Shown in pieces: positions 11,101-22,281 of a stretch of DNA of 55,267 nucleotides (its first letter is position 1; the number at the start of each line of letters is the position of its first letter). The translations under genes were made by a program, and so were the position numbers. Origin of the DNA: Rhizaria sp. SCN 62-66 (lineage: Eukaryota); assembly GCA_001724265.1 (NCBI GenBank), contig MEDY01000360.1:1-55267 (forward strand), written 5' to 3'. Below the pieces are notes generated by a model that was not told where the DNA came from, made no database searches, and was given only the letters and a program-made list of their open reading frames with translations.

Positions 11101-14100
11101 GCACATGTTCGCGTCCAAGCTCTGGCTCGCAGCGACAACCCCACGATTGGTATTGCTGTTGATCAGGTCGAGTGCGGCCACAGTCTTAACATCCGCTGTC
11201 TTCACAGCTACAGCTTCAGCCTCTGCCTCGACGGTCGCTAAAGACGCTGATGACTTCGTTGCCGCTCTCTGAGACACTGCGTGAGACGCCACAACGGCAG
11301 CTGCGCTTGCCGAAGCCTCTGCGTATACTGTTGCAGGTGCCGTCGTCGTCGCCGCCGCATCCGTCGCCGTCGCCAACGTGGATGTGGACGGCACCGACAG
11401 CGCGCTGGCATCCGCTGCCATCGCCGCCGCAGTGGCCGGCGCTACTGCCGCAGTGGCCGGCGCTACTGCCGCAGTGGCCGGCGCTACGGTCGCAGTGGCC
11501 GGCGCTACGGTCGCAGTGGCCGGCGCTACGGTCGCAGTGGCCGGCGCTACGGTCGCAGTGGCCGGCGCTACGGTCGCCGTCTCTGAATCGGCTCTCTTCG
11601 CTGCAGCGGCATCCGTGGAGGCGGCTGCGGCTGCGGAGTCGATGCTAAGCTGCGCACGCCTCGCCTCAGACCTGTCCTTGCGCTTGACTAGATAGCCCCA
11701 CACACGCTCTTCGCCGTCGCCGGTCAACGCGCTGAAAGTGGCTAGCAGCACCGGCCCAGTCACGGCCTGCGCGGCCACAGGCAACACAGTCGACGCAGAC
11801 ACGGACGCGGGCGCGCGCGTGGCGGCGACGGCGGCGGTGACGGCGGGGGGAGTCAGCGTGCGCCCAGCAGTTGGCAACGCTGTCGCAAGTCCAGACAAGG
11901 CGGGCACGGCAGATGCGCCTGGAGCAACAGCAGACACTGGCGCAGTGGCGGCGGACACGGCCGCAGACGCAGACGCTGTCGGAGTGGCGGGAACTAGTGC
12001 TGCTTGTGAGGTCATAGGTACTGGAGCTTGTGAGACCACGGAAGCTTGCGAGAGCACAGCAGATGTAATGCGGAGCGATATGCGTGACGCGTGTGGCAAA
12101 GCGTTGAGATACGGCACCAGAGCCGCAGCTGGGGGCGCCAATTTTGAGTCGAGAATGACATTCGCGAACAAGTTACCGGGTTTGTAGCTGATGAGGCGCA
12201 CCAGAGGCCGTGGAACAACGACAGTACTGCTGATGTTGATGTTACTACTATTGCTGTTAACGCGACTGTTGTTGTTGCTGTTGTAGCTGTTGTCTACAGT
12301 GTTGCTGTTAAGAAGGCTGTTGTTGTCAATGAGGCTGCTGCTACTGCTGCTGACAACGCTTGAGACGCTGTCGCGGGGACTCTGGCAGTCGCTGAGGCCG
12401 AGACTGAGACTGCGCACGAGCCCTTGACTCGGCTCCAGAGCCTGGCTCTGGTTCTGGTTCCGGCCTTCAGTGCAAACATCAGCGCCAACGCTTGCGCCCT
12501 CAGTAGCCGTGACGATGGCGGCGTCTGTGTTCGTATGAGTGCTTGCACTCGCGCGAATGTTCGCAGCGGGGGTCGTCCTCTCGCCCGTGTTTGCGATCGC
12601 ATTGAAGGTGCCAGCGTGATGGTTACTGGTGACGTGTGCGCCGCCCGCGTTGGAGTCAGGAGCTGAGACGGACGCGACTGCGCTCAAAGCAGCAGTGTAG
12701 CGCATGTGCCTCGCGTTCTTGCTCTTATTCGCTCTGGCATGTGTGTCCATACCCTTGCTTAGACTCGCAGCAGGAGCAGTAGCAGCAGCTGTGGCGGTGG
12801 CTGCATTGGCGGCGGCGGCGGCGGCGACCGCGGCAGTGACGCACGCAGTGATCAAATAGCGCACTGTGCGGACATCACCGCAGACGTTGTTCACCTTAAG
12901 CAAACATCCTGGCTCAAACGGAAACGCCTCACGGCAGCCCACCGTCACACCGCCGCCGCCGCCGCTGCCCCCGTTAAGAAAGCCGCCGCTGGCGGTGTCG
13001 CTGTATCTGCAGCTATAGCTGTCGCCGTGCGTGGGGCTCGAGTTAAGGCCGTAACTGGGAGCAGGGCTCCCAGTCGGCCCAGAGCCGCGACCGTGGCTGT
13101 GGCTAGGGCTAGGCTCGACGGCAGCAGCAGCGGCAGTGGCAGCGGCAGTGGCGGCGGCGGCGGCGGTTATAGAGGCTTCATCGCATTGCAAGGGCGCCAC
13201 TTTGTGACAGATTGCAGTCTCAGCGACGCCTGCGCCCGCGCCTGCGCCTGTTCTTGCGCCTGCGTCGGCGCCTGCAACGGCGTCCGCAACGGCGCCTGCA
13301 ACGGCGTGTGCAACCGCAGCTGCGGCGACGGCTGCGGCTGCGAACGGGACAGCAGACTGGGCGGTGGCAGCTGCGGCCTTGCCTGCAACAGGGACAGTGT
13401 CTGCCGTTGCAACAGCTGCAGCTGCTTCAGAGTTCATCGCAGCGATTACGTCGGGTAGCGGCGCAACGGTGGTTTGATGTGCGTTGGTGGTTGATGGAAT
13501 AGCCTGCGGTGCATTGACGTCAAGCGCAAGTGCACCAACAACACTCGCTCTGGTACCACCAGCGCCAGCGCCAGTGTAAGCATCCGCGCTAGCGTCCACG
13601 TCAGCGCAGTAGCCATTGGCGTCAGAGTAGTAAGCGTCAGCGCCAGAGCCAGTGCCAGTGCTCGAGTCTGCGTCAGCGTCGTCACCATCGCCGCAGCCGT
13701 CGCCGCAGCCGCTGCCGCTGCCGTTGTTGTTAGGGCTGTTGCTGCTATAGAGCGGGACCGATTTCGCGCACGACAAGCCTGGGGCAGCAGCAGTGTCGCA
13801 TCCATCGCAACTATCGTTGCTGCTGTTGTTGCCGTTGTTACAGATGTTGTTGCATATGGTGAGGTTTTTAGCATCATTGCCGAGCGCCGTTTTGGCGGCA
13901 ACAGGAGTGCGCGCGGTGCTATTAGATACCGTCGTCGTTGCGTTGAGGTAGCACGCGTTGGGCTCAGCAAGAGAGGCAACGGAGGAAGACTCGAGGACCG
14001 AGTCGGCTACGGTTAGAACAAGCGTATTCTTCGCAACGTCGTCGTTTTCGCCGACATAGGGCGTCATTGAGTTGTTGTCTGGTACAAGCGTCGATGTGTC

Positions 14101-14931
14101 GCTAAAGTAACCGGGAAGCAGTGCAGAGTCGCTCACACTCGCGGATATGTTGCGGTGGTCTGATTTTAGAAGAAGAGCTAAGTCCGGGCAACGTGTCCCC
14201 TCCCCGCTGTTCAGACCTTTATAACTCGCCTTAATAGCGCTGCTTGCGGTTGAAATTGCATCAAAATCTGCAACGGGGTCAGAAATTAGCATTACCGCAC
14301 GCGCCGCGTCGGAAACAGACGCGAAAACGAGCCAAACGTGGTTTTCTTGTCCGGCGATTTGGGGCTCCGACGCGAGAGTGGGCTCCGGCTCTCCAGCTAA
14401 GGCGCCTGTGGCGTCCTCCCCAGCCCGCGCTTCACAAACGCATTCAACCGGAGAACTAACGGCAGCGCCAGTCGCGCCAGCGTTCGCTGTATCCCCGCGC
14501 AGCGCGCGGTCGGTTGTGGCGGCGGCGCGGGCGCGGGCGAGGTTTGTGTTGACGAGGGCTAAGCCGCGGGCACTGAAGAATCTGTGTGCTTCGCCGAATC
14601 GCCACTTCGCAGGCCAACGCCGTGCTAAAACCGTGTGCGCAGCGAGCGCGGGTGGCGGCAGGAGCGAGAAGGGGAGCCGGCGCGTAACGCTGGCGCCGTC
14701 GGGAGCGAGGTTGAGCTGGGTTGAAGCGCGCAGCGCGCGTGCGAGGGCGATAGGGCAGTTGGAGACGGTCAGCAGTGGAGGGAACTGCAGGAGTCGTGCT
14801 AGCGGGATGACACCGGTGGCTGGGAGCGTGAAAAGCGATGAAAGGGTAGGAGAGCTAGTGATGCTTGCGTCGCACAGGAAAGACTAGGCGTAGGCGCAGA
14901 GGGCGTGCTCCTCGGAAGCGGAGAGCGACAT
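8137..14931 (-). CDS. La-related (LARP7/p65-like) RNA-binding protein, paralogue 2; about 2264 aa if 8 in-frame TAG are read as sense
   Basis: One continuous frame from ATG 14931 (alternative in-frame ATG at 15126) to TAA-TAA at 8137/8134, with TAG at 14884, 11035, 10714, 9229, 9193, 8812, 8572 and 8197. Collinear blocks shared with paralogue 1: [116 protein letters not shown]. Confidence 0.8.
11428..11574. repeat. Coding minisatellite, 7 x 21 bp (CGCAGTGGCCGGCGCTACKGY), encoding VAPATA(T/A) on the minus strand
   Basis: Seven head-to-tail near-identical 21-mers with no spacers, inside La paralogue 2 just after the xRRM helix. Confidence 0.95.
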
Positions 14932-16259
14932 CGGGAGAGGCACGTGGCGTCGAGACACGCCCTGGACAAGGACAAAAACGCGGCCACAGAAGGGAAATAA
15001 ACCGTGGAAGGTGTAGGTGTGAGGTATAACAGATCCGCTTTCATCGCGTATCTGCTTTACATTGAATGGGGTCGTTAGAACTGAGATTGCAGGCGTGGCA
15101 GTGGCTGCGGAAAGGAGCAGGGGCATTGGTGTTTTTCGCACAGACTTCGTAATCTTTGAACATAATTTACAACAAAGAAGGTGTCACGCCAACGCTGCAG
15201 AAACAAATATGTGATACGTTTAAATCTACATTTTCATTTCACCTCTTTAATGCTTGAATCTAGGGACTATTATACTCGGGCAGCAGCGCGCAAAACTTGG
15301 CATTGAGCTGGCCTCTTTTATCCATGGCCAAAAAAATGGGCCACGCCGGTTGTCGCTCGGTGCCAAAACGTGCTCACAATTCAGAACAATTCACCGGGAT
15401 CAATCTCAGTTGGAGGTCCAAATACCGCGTTATAAGGTCACCAAAGCTGTTTTTTAGTTGATTTAGAGGTTTATTTTCTTACACGTATTAAAAAGGGCAT
15501 TATAACCCGCTTAGCAGGACTGCCCCAATGTCTCCTTTCCCACGAGCACGCCGCATTTTCGAACTCGACGCACTTTGCGCTCTGGTCGACGCTACACTCG
15601 CTCATAAAGGCTGCTAAAACCCGGATTCCACTCCGTGACGTCTATTATACGCTATTTATGGCGGAGTGAGCGGGGCGCTGAGTGCTTTTATCGCTACGAT
15701 CAATACAGTCGAAATACAGTCGAACGGTAGATCCTCTCACAGCGCCACCGCAAACGCCTCTCAGAAAGTTATCACATGGCCTTAGTGGACGCATACCAAT
15801 ACAACTAGCGCTCGCAATAGCGCACGACTATAGATATTAATAGAAACTACAAATTACGTGCCCTATCCGCGAAGAGCGCCTCTGAGACAGGCGAACGCAT
15901 TAACTCGCTGTTCAGAAATTACAGTAAGCTTAAGCTTATAACAGAATACTCAACTGAACGGCGCACCAGTACCCTACAACTCCCCCGCAGCGTCAGCGCT
16001 GGGATATTAGTTATTGGTCACCTGAGAGAGGCTTGCAAGCTATAATAAAGCGCATTCTGCCAACAAAACATGCTGAAATAGCACAAACATCGCCTTCGCA
16101 CTCAACCACAACAATCCTTTTTTTTACTCCGTTTTTTTACGCTAACGTAATCTAAAAACCTCATAATAATAGCACTCCATGAACTTATAAACTTGGAGAC
16201 ATGACAGACTAGTAAGTATGAATGATGCTAAATTATGATGAATAATGCTTTTAGAGCAC

Positions 16260-18003
16260 TCAGACGATCTTCGCGTAGCACTCCATGAGCCTCTCCACCA
16301 ACTCATCCTTCTTCCCACTGACCTTGAGTGCATACAACTGCAAAAACGCCTTGAGCTCCGCGACCGTGCGCTTACTCAGTGTCCCCGCCGCCGCCGAAGC
16401 CTTAAACTCCTCGATCATCTGAGCATTATCGACCGGCCCGGCCTCCGCGGCAGCCTCTGCACGGCGCTTGGCCGCAGCTGATATCTTGGGTGGGATCGGG
16501 CCGAGTGGAGCACCCGCGGCTGCCTCGACGGCGGCGACAAACCTCGCGGCGGGCTCGGCGGCCTTGCGCTCAGCCTCAGCGGGCATGGTTAATACCTCGC
16601 GCTGATCCAACGGCGCCGGCTCGCTCAACGCGACCGCTTGGACGATCGCATAGTGGCGCTGGAGAGCCGGGTTTCCGGCACGAGTAACACCAACACGGCC
16701 ATCTGAGTCCCCCCGGAGCTCGATAGCACGGATAAGGTCCTTGGCGGCGGCGATGGCGTCGGCGGGGGCCGGGATGGGCCGGTCGAGCCGCAGTTCGCGG
16801 ACGTCGTCAGCGAAAGGGAGATACACCATCACCATGCCGGGGGGCTGGACGAGCATGCGCGATCCACCCGCCCCCGGGGCGGTACTATGGGCGGCGGAGG
16901 CGGACGAGACGGACGCAGCCAGCGAGCCCCCCGTCGGAGCCTGCGACTGCAGCTGCGGCGCGGAGGCTGCAAAGGCGGAGGCGGAGGCGGAGTAGAGGGC
17001 TTGCGAGGCCAGTAGATGGGAGTCGCGTGGCGCAGTGGCAGGCAGCGCGTACGAGCTGACGCTGCCGCGGTCGTCGCGCACCCTGAGAGCGGCCAAGGGG
17101 GGCTCTCCGGCAAAGCGCTCAGGCTGGGGGAAGAGCGCAACCAGCCTGGGCGCTGCCTGCGCCTTGGGGACCAGACGGCAGATCATCACGACGCCGCGCT
17201 CCGCCATTTTGGTCAGCAGGGCGTTAAACGCGACGGTGGAGCGGGGGTACTCCCTCTCGCACGGGTAGAGAAACGTCGGGCCGCGGACGTTCATGGAGAC
17301 TGGCACCATCGCGGCAGGCTTGAAACCAAGCACGGTCAAACCGGCGCGGGCGGAACAGGCAAAGGTCTTGACGGCCTTGATGTCGTCGTCCGAGAAGAAG
17401 ACTTTCTCGCGCAGAGCGTAGGGGAAATACTTGCGGATTTGCATCTCGCTCAGCACCTGCCCCGTTGTTTTGCATACGGAAAGCGCCTTGGCGTGGACCT
17501 CGGCCCCGGTGGCGGAGTCCAGCCGGCGCGCGCTCTCCGGCTTCAGGGGCCGGGCCAGGACAAAAACGTTGACGCCCATCACGAGCCCTGTGTTCACTGC
17601 GTCCCCGCCCGCATCGGCGCTCGCACCGCTGCTGCTCCCCGAGCCATTGCGCGCGGTGTGCTCGCCGAAGTGGATCGGGAGGGTGGTCAACACACGCTTT
17701 TTGACGATTTTCGACCGGAACATTTCCTCAAGCTCGCGCAGAGACCCGGCAGCCAGGGCCTCGTCGGCCAGGGATGGGTCTTCAAGCGCCGCAATGTAGA
17801 ACTTCCCGGCGTCGAAGGTGCGGGCGGTGGCTGCGAGGGCCGCGGCGGCGGCTGCGACGGCGGCGGCCGAGGAGGAGGAGGCCGCGGCGGCCACAGCGGC
17901 GCCCGCGGGGCCCTCGAGCTTGACGCCGCCGGCGGTCAGCAGGGCCATGTATTGCGCTGCTGTAACGGCGCCGTCGCTGGCGGACTGGGACTGAGACTGC
18001 ATC

Positions 18004-18038
<35 letters not shown>

Positions 18039-19040
18039 TTGTTGTTGTTGTGAAAGGTTGAGGCTGGTGCTAAAAAGACCGTTGCTGCTGCTGTTGCTAC
18101 TGGGACCGGCACCAGAGGCAGGGGGGTAACTGCTGTAGGGGTTGAGACTCATTTGAGACCCGAATAAGAAGCCGCCACTTGCATTATCGAGCTGCGAGCT
18201 CATACCAGAGCTGTCAAAAGCGCCGCCACCCCCAGCACCAGCCGCGGCAGCAGCGGCAGCAGCGGCAGCGGTCGAGCTAGAGCTAGACGAAGGCTCAAGC
18301 TTGGTAATAGCGTTGCTTTTGCTGTTGTTTTTGTTATCGTCGTTGGCGAGTTCGGCAAGTGCAGTGAGAGGAGCAGGGATAAGCTGGAAAAGCTTGAACG
18401 AGACCCCTTCATTGCGGAGGTCGGTGAGACGCTTTTCGGCGCGCGCGCGTTCGTCTGCGACCCCCGCGGCAGGATCATCGTTGGCTGTGAAGAGCATGAC
18501 GCGGAGAAACACGGCCGCGGCGTTGATAGGCCGGATTTGATCCGCGAGATGCCAGAGGGCGTAGCTGAGGGGACAGGAGCCTGCGACTGCGTTGGAGACG
18601 CCGATGGTGGCGTTGAAGACATGGGGGTTTTGCAGCCCAGTGAGGGTCTTGATGAGCTGCGCTGACGGGGGAGCGAGCGGGCAGAGCTCGTAGATGCCGT
18701 TGCGGGTCGTGTTGCTCTTGAGCGTGTTGTAGAAGACGATGGATATCTTGTCCGAAGGCGCGCGAATGATCTGCAGCTTCACCGTATTAGTTATGAGTTT
18801 GAGCACGGACGTGAGCTGAGAGACGTAGACAGTCTTCTCTGGGTTGTCCGGGTCGGACGGGTCGGGCTCAGGAACCATGGTGAGCCACAGAGACGGGTGG
18901 CAGTCGACGACGATGAAGATGGCTTCCTTTTTGGCTAAACCGAGGAGGTTTGAGCCGAACTCTGAGCTGTCGTCTTGGACATCGGCGAAATCGTCGCCGT
19001 CGCCGAAATCGGAGCTGTCGATCGGGGCCCACTCAGACAT
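16260..19040 (-). CDS. KU70: Ku70 (ATP-dependent DNA helicase II 70 kDa subunit), 926 aa, intronless, with low-complexity insertions
   Basis: vWA domain (KEAIFIVVDCHPS, PSDKISIVFYNT, RVMLFTANDDP), Ku core (GLTVLGFKP, PTFLYPCE, PRLVALFPQ, QPPGMVMVYLPFADDVREL, NPALQRHYAIVQAVAL) and C-terminal SAP domain (TVAELKAFLQLYALKVSGKKDELVERL). Stop TGA. Confidence 0.95.
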
Positions 19041-19530
19041 GGCGAGTGTTGGGTTGCGCCGAACTGGAAGGTTGATGGGGAAAGAGTGCGGATAAGAGAA
19101 GGGTGGGCGGTGAGGGTGAGGTAGGGGAAACGGGAGACGGGTTGGCAGCGATAATAAACAGAAAACGGCCTGCCAATTTAATGAAATACAGAATATAAAG
19201 CATGCAATTTGTTGATACTATTTACAGTTCACTGTGACAGTTTCTAGTGGTAGTTCGGGGGTGAGTCGAAGTATCTTCGAAGGCGGGATTTGCTGCTGGT
19301 CACGAGCCATCGCAAGCCAATTCCAGAAACGGCCCTTCGTTCAACTCTTTGCCACGCGATGTGGCATCCGTTAATTGCTGAATTAAATATTTATCTTGTG
19401 ATAAGTCGATTCTTTTTATCTTTTTCTAATACCATTTCTCTCCAAATCCTTTTCGTGTCGCTCTAGCTCTTGTTTCTCAACTCCAGCTTCCCAAGCTGCC
19501 GAACCCGCAACGCCTCAAGCCACGGGCCCC

Positions 19531-22281
19531 ATGCGAGACTCTATCACCGTCGCCGTTGGCGCTGCTGCGCCGCCGCCGCCTCAGGCTTCTTTGCGCCCGG
19601 CCTCCCCGCCAGCGCCGACCCGTGCGCCTCCGCCGCCACCCCCACCCTCCCAAAGTAGCACATCCAGCCACAGCAATCGCAATAGCTCCGACAACAACGA
19701 TAACAACACCAACAACAGCAACCATATCAGCAGCGGCGTGGTTAATCACCCTAATAACAACAAGCGCATCTCCGCCGCCTCCGCAGCCGCCCTCGCAAGA
19801 CTGGCGTCGTCCAGAGAGAAAGGAGGCTCAGTCACGACTGCAACTTCCGTCATGTCCGTCCATCACGACTGCTGCTCCCCCCAAGGTCCCGTCGCCGGCG
19901 CCTGCGCGGCTGTCTCGCCCTCCGTCATCTCCGCGCTGCACCGCAAGTCCGAGAAACACGCCCTGGCTCTGACCGAGGCCGCTCGGACGGCGCCAGTGCC
20001 CGCCTACGCGCCCGCGCCGCCGGTCGTCGCCGTTTTATCAGAACCTGCGACGCCGCAGCAGCACTACGGGGCGACCCCCCGCCTCTCCCATAGTAACGCG
20101 TCCACCGCGAACTCATCCGTTGTGGTGGTACCAGCGACGCATAACAACGTCAACGTGCACTATCAAACTGCTGCGGCGACGAAGGCCGCTCCCGCCGCGC
20201 TAGCCGCAGCCGCTGCCCGCCACCACCGAACCCACCAAAACAGCAGTAACAACAACAGCGCTGAGAGCTACGTTGCGAGGCGCACCAGCTCCCGACAGCA
20301 GCGGCGCTTCCCCCTTGCTTTTGCGTCCCCGGACCCTCCTTCAGAGCCCGCGGCCCCCGCCACGGGCGCGTTCGTCTCGGCGCCACTGGCGCAAAGGGCC
20401 GCCCCGGGCCTCGCGGCCGCCGTGGCGGTGGCGGCCAACGAGCGCGCGCGGGCGCAGGCGGTACGGCGGTCTGTGGCAGACGCTGACTCGAGCGCGGGCG
20501 TGCCGCGCGTCGCCAAACTCTCAACAGCATCTTCCTCAACATCATCGCCATCGGCATCGGCATATTCGCAACAACAAAAGCAGTTCACACAGCGACAGTC
20601 ACTGGGAGTTGGCTCGATTGTGGCGCCACCGCCGCCGCCTGCGTGGGCGTCAAGGAGGACGCCTGCAGCCGTCGTTTTGACGACTTTGCTGCCCTCAGCA
20701 GGGCCTCTGGGTGCCCCGGTGCTCGACTTGGGCGCCGCGGTCTCGGGAGACGCGTCCATTCCCCTTCTGTACAGCCCCCATCTCCAGCAGCAACAGCAGC
20801 AGCAGCAACAGCAGGTGTACAGCCATGGCTATAACCCAACTGCGACTGGGAATATGTCGCTGTCGCAGTCTCTCGCTCTGTCTCGGCCGCAGCAACTCCA
20901 GGCGCAGGCGCAGTCGCGGTCTCAGATGCAGTCCTATGCGCAGTCCTATGTGCAGTCGCAGCTGCACGGCCCCGCTGCCGCTGCCGCTGCGACTGCGCCG
21001 TTGTCATCGAGGCGGGGCTACCCGCTCGCTCTGCAGGACACGGACTACGCGCACACCGTCGCCGCCTCTGCGAGGCGGGTGTCCATTCCTCTTGACAATC
21101 ACTACAACAATAACAACAACAATCATCACAGTAGTCACAATGGTGCTACTCCCAGCAACAGCGGCAGCAGTGGCAGCAGCGGCGGCAGCGACAGCGGCAG
21201 CGGCAGTACTGCGGGTTTGATCGCAGATACGAGCGTGCCGGGGGGAGGCGCGACTGAGACTGTCTTAAAGCCGTCTCAATGGGCCATCGACGCCGCGAAG
21301 CGGGCTCAGGCGGCTGCCCGCGCCGGAGGCTGCAACGACTACGACTTTGACGACAACGACGACGATGACGGCGACGGCGAGGGGACTTATCCTCCTTGCG
21401 GTGACGCCGGAACGCATGAGTCTGGAACACGCGGCGCTCACGGTCACTCGTCTGCGGGTACTCGTGGGGTCACGCGTGCCGGGCAGAGGCGGTGGGCCGC
21501 AGAACGCAGGCGCATGCGTGCAGCCGCCCATGCACACCTCGCTCTTAACTCCACCACGAACATGAACAGTGCTAACAACGCTCACAAAAACGCTCCCAAC
21601 AGTCCTCAAAACGGTAATGGTGCAAGTTTGGGTGGATTCACTGCTACGGAAGCGTTGTCGCTGTCGTTTGATGAGCACGGCAACCTCCTCGACTCTAATA
21701 CCGATAACAACAACAATAACAACGACAACTCGAGTGCTAGTCCTACTCATATCAGCCTCAGCAATGGCTCGATGAGTGCGAAGCGCGGAAACAGCGTCAC
21801 CGTCGGTGCCGGCGTCGACACCGGCGCGCTGTTCATCCGCGCCGCCCGCGAGCTGAAGCGCGTCGTCGAGAGCGACGCCCCCGCGTACCCTGACCGGTCG
21901 GTAGTCGCCGGTGCGGGCTACGCCGACCGCTTGGACGCTGCTTTCAACGCCAGCCTCAACCTTACGACGAGCAGTACCTACCACAGCAACAGCAACGACA
22001 GCAGCAACGCAGGCGCAGGCGCAGGGGTCGACGCTGGCAGTGACGGTCACAGCGCGGGCCACAGCAACGGCAGCGGGCATGGCGGAAACGGCGGCGGAGG
22101 CGGAGGTGTCCACAGTGTGATGTCCGGTCTTCGTCAGCGTGCGTGGAGGGCTGAACGAAAAGTGTACGATTTAGTCGCATTTTCAGAGGCGTTATGTGAG
22201 CAAGTGTTGGTGTTGGAGCATAAGTTGGCGGCGGCGGAGAGTGCGGCGGCGCAGTTGAGGCGCCGGCAACAGGCGGAGTAA
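19531..22281 (+). CDS. Hypothetical low-complexity protein (916 aa) with short C-terminal coiled coil
   Basis: Long open frame with coding-like GC composition, divergent from Ku70. Ends LRQRAWRAERKVYDLVAFSEALCEQVLVLEHKLAAAESAAAQLRRRQQAE-TAA. No family recognised; start uncertain. Confidence 0.75.
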   Translation: MRDSITVAVGAAAPPPPQASLRPASPPAPTRAPPPPPPPSQSSTSSHSNRNSSDNNDNNTNNSNHISSGVVNHPNNNKRISAASAAALARLASSREKGGSVTTATSVMSVHHDCCSPQGPVAGACAAVSPSVISALHRKSEKHALALTEAARTAPVPAYAPAPPVVAVLSEPATPQQHYGATPRLSHSNASTANSSVVVVPATHNNVNVHYQTAAATKAAPAALAAAAARHHRTHQNSSNNNSAESYVARRTSSRQQRRFPLAFASPDPPSEPAAPATGAFVSAPLAQRAAPGLAAAVAVAANERARAQAVRRSVADADSSAGVPRVAKLSTASSSTSSPSASAYSQQQKQFTQRQSLGVGSIVAPPPPPAWASRRTPAAVVLTTLLPSAGPLGAPVLDLGAAVSGDASIPLLYSPHLQQQQQQQQQQVYSHGYNPTATGNMSLSQSLALSRPQQLQAQAQSRSQMQSYAQSYVQSQLHGPAAAAAATAPLSSRRGYPLALQDTDYAHTVAASARRVSIPLDNHYNNNNNNHHSSHNGATPSNSGSSGSSGGSDSGSGSTAGLIADTSVPGGGATETVLKPSQWAIDAAKRAQAAARAGGCNDYDFDDNDDDDGDGEGTYPPCGDAGTHESGTRGAHGHSSAGTRGVTRAGQRRWAAERRRMRAAAHAHLALNSTTNMNSANNAHKNAPNSPQNGNGASLGGFTATEALSLSFDEHGNLLDSNTDNNNNNNDNSSASPTHISLSNGSMSAKRGNSVTVGAGVDTGALFIRAARELKRVVESDAPAYPDRSVVAGAGYADRLDAAFNASLNLTTSSTYHSNSNDSSNAGAGAGVDAGSDGHSAGHSNGSGHGGNGGGGGGVHSVMSGLRQRAWRAERKVYDLVAFSEALCEQVLVLEHKLAAAESAAAQLRRRQQAE

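Noticed and set aside
11428-11574. 21-bp repeats as a CRISPR array
   Set aside because: Head-to-tail with no spacers, in frame within a CDS, no cas genes.
3575-14886. TAGs as 3' splice sites of frame-preserving micro-introns (for example GTAAATTCAGTTTATCCGTGCAG at 3594-3572)
   Set aside because: Real introns here are 122-486 nt, AT-rich, with pyrimidine tracts; the TAG flanks are repeat-phase coding sequence. There is no GT between the TAGs at 9229 and 9193. The 23-nt candidate lies after the TAG and would shift the frame.
1655-14931. Calling the fragmented La-like genes ordinary pseudogenes or products of RIP-like CpA>TpA mutation
   Set aside because: Neutral decay or CpA mutation should also give internal TAA (CAA is abundant), TGA and frameshifts in these microsatellite-rich frames; none is seen internally. 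An unrelated gene at 47380 shows the same TAG-only pattern. Disfavoured, not formally excluded.
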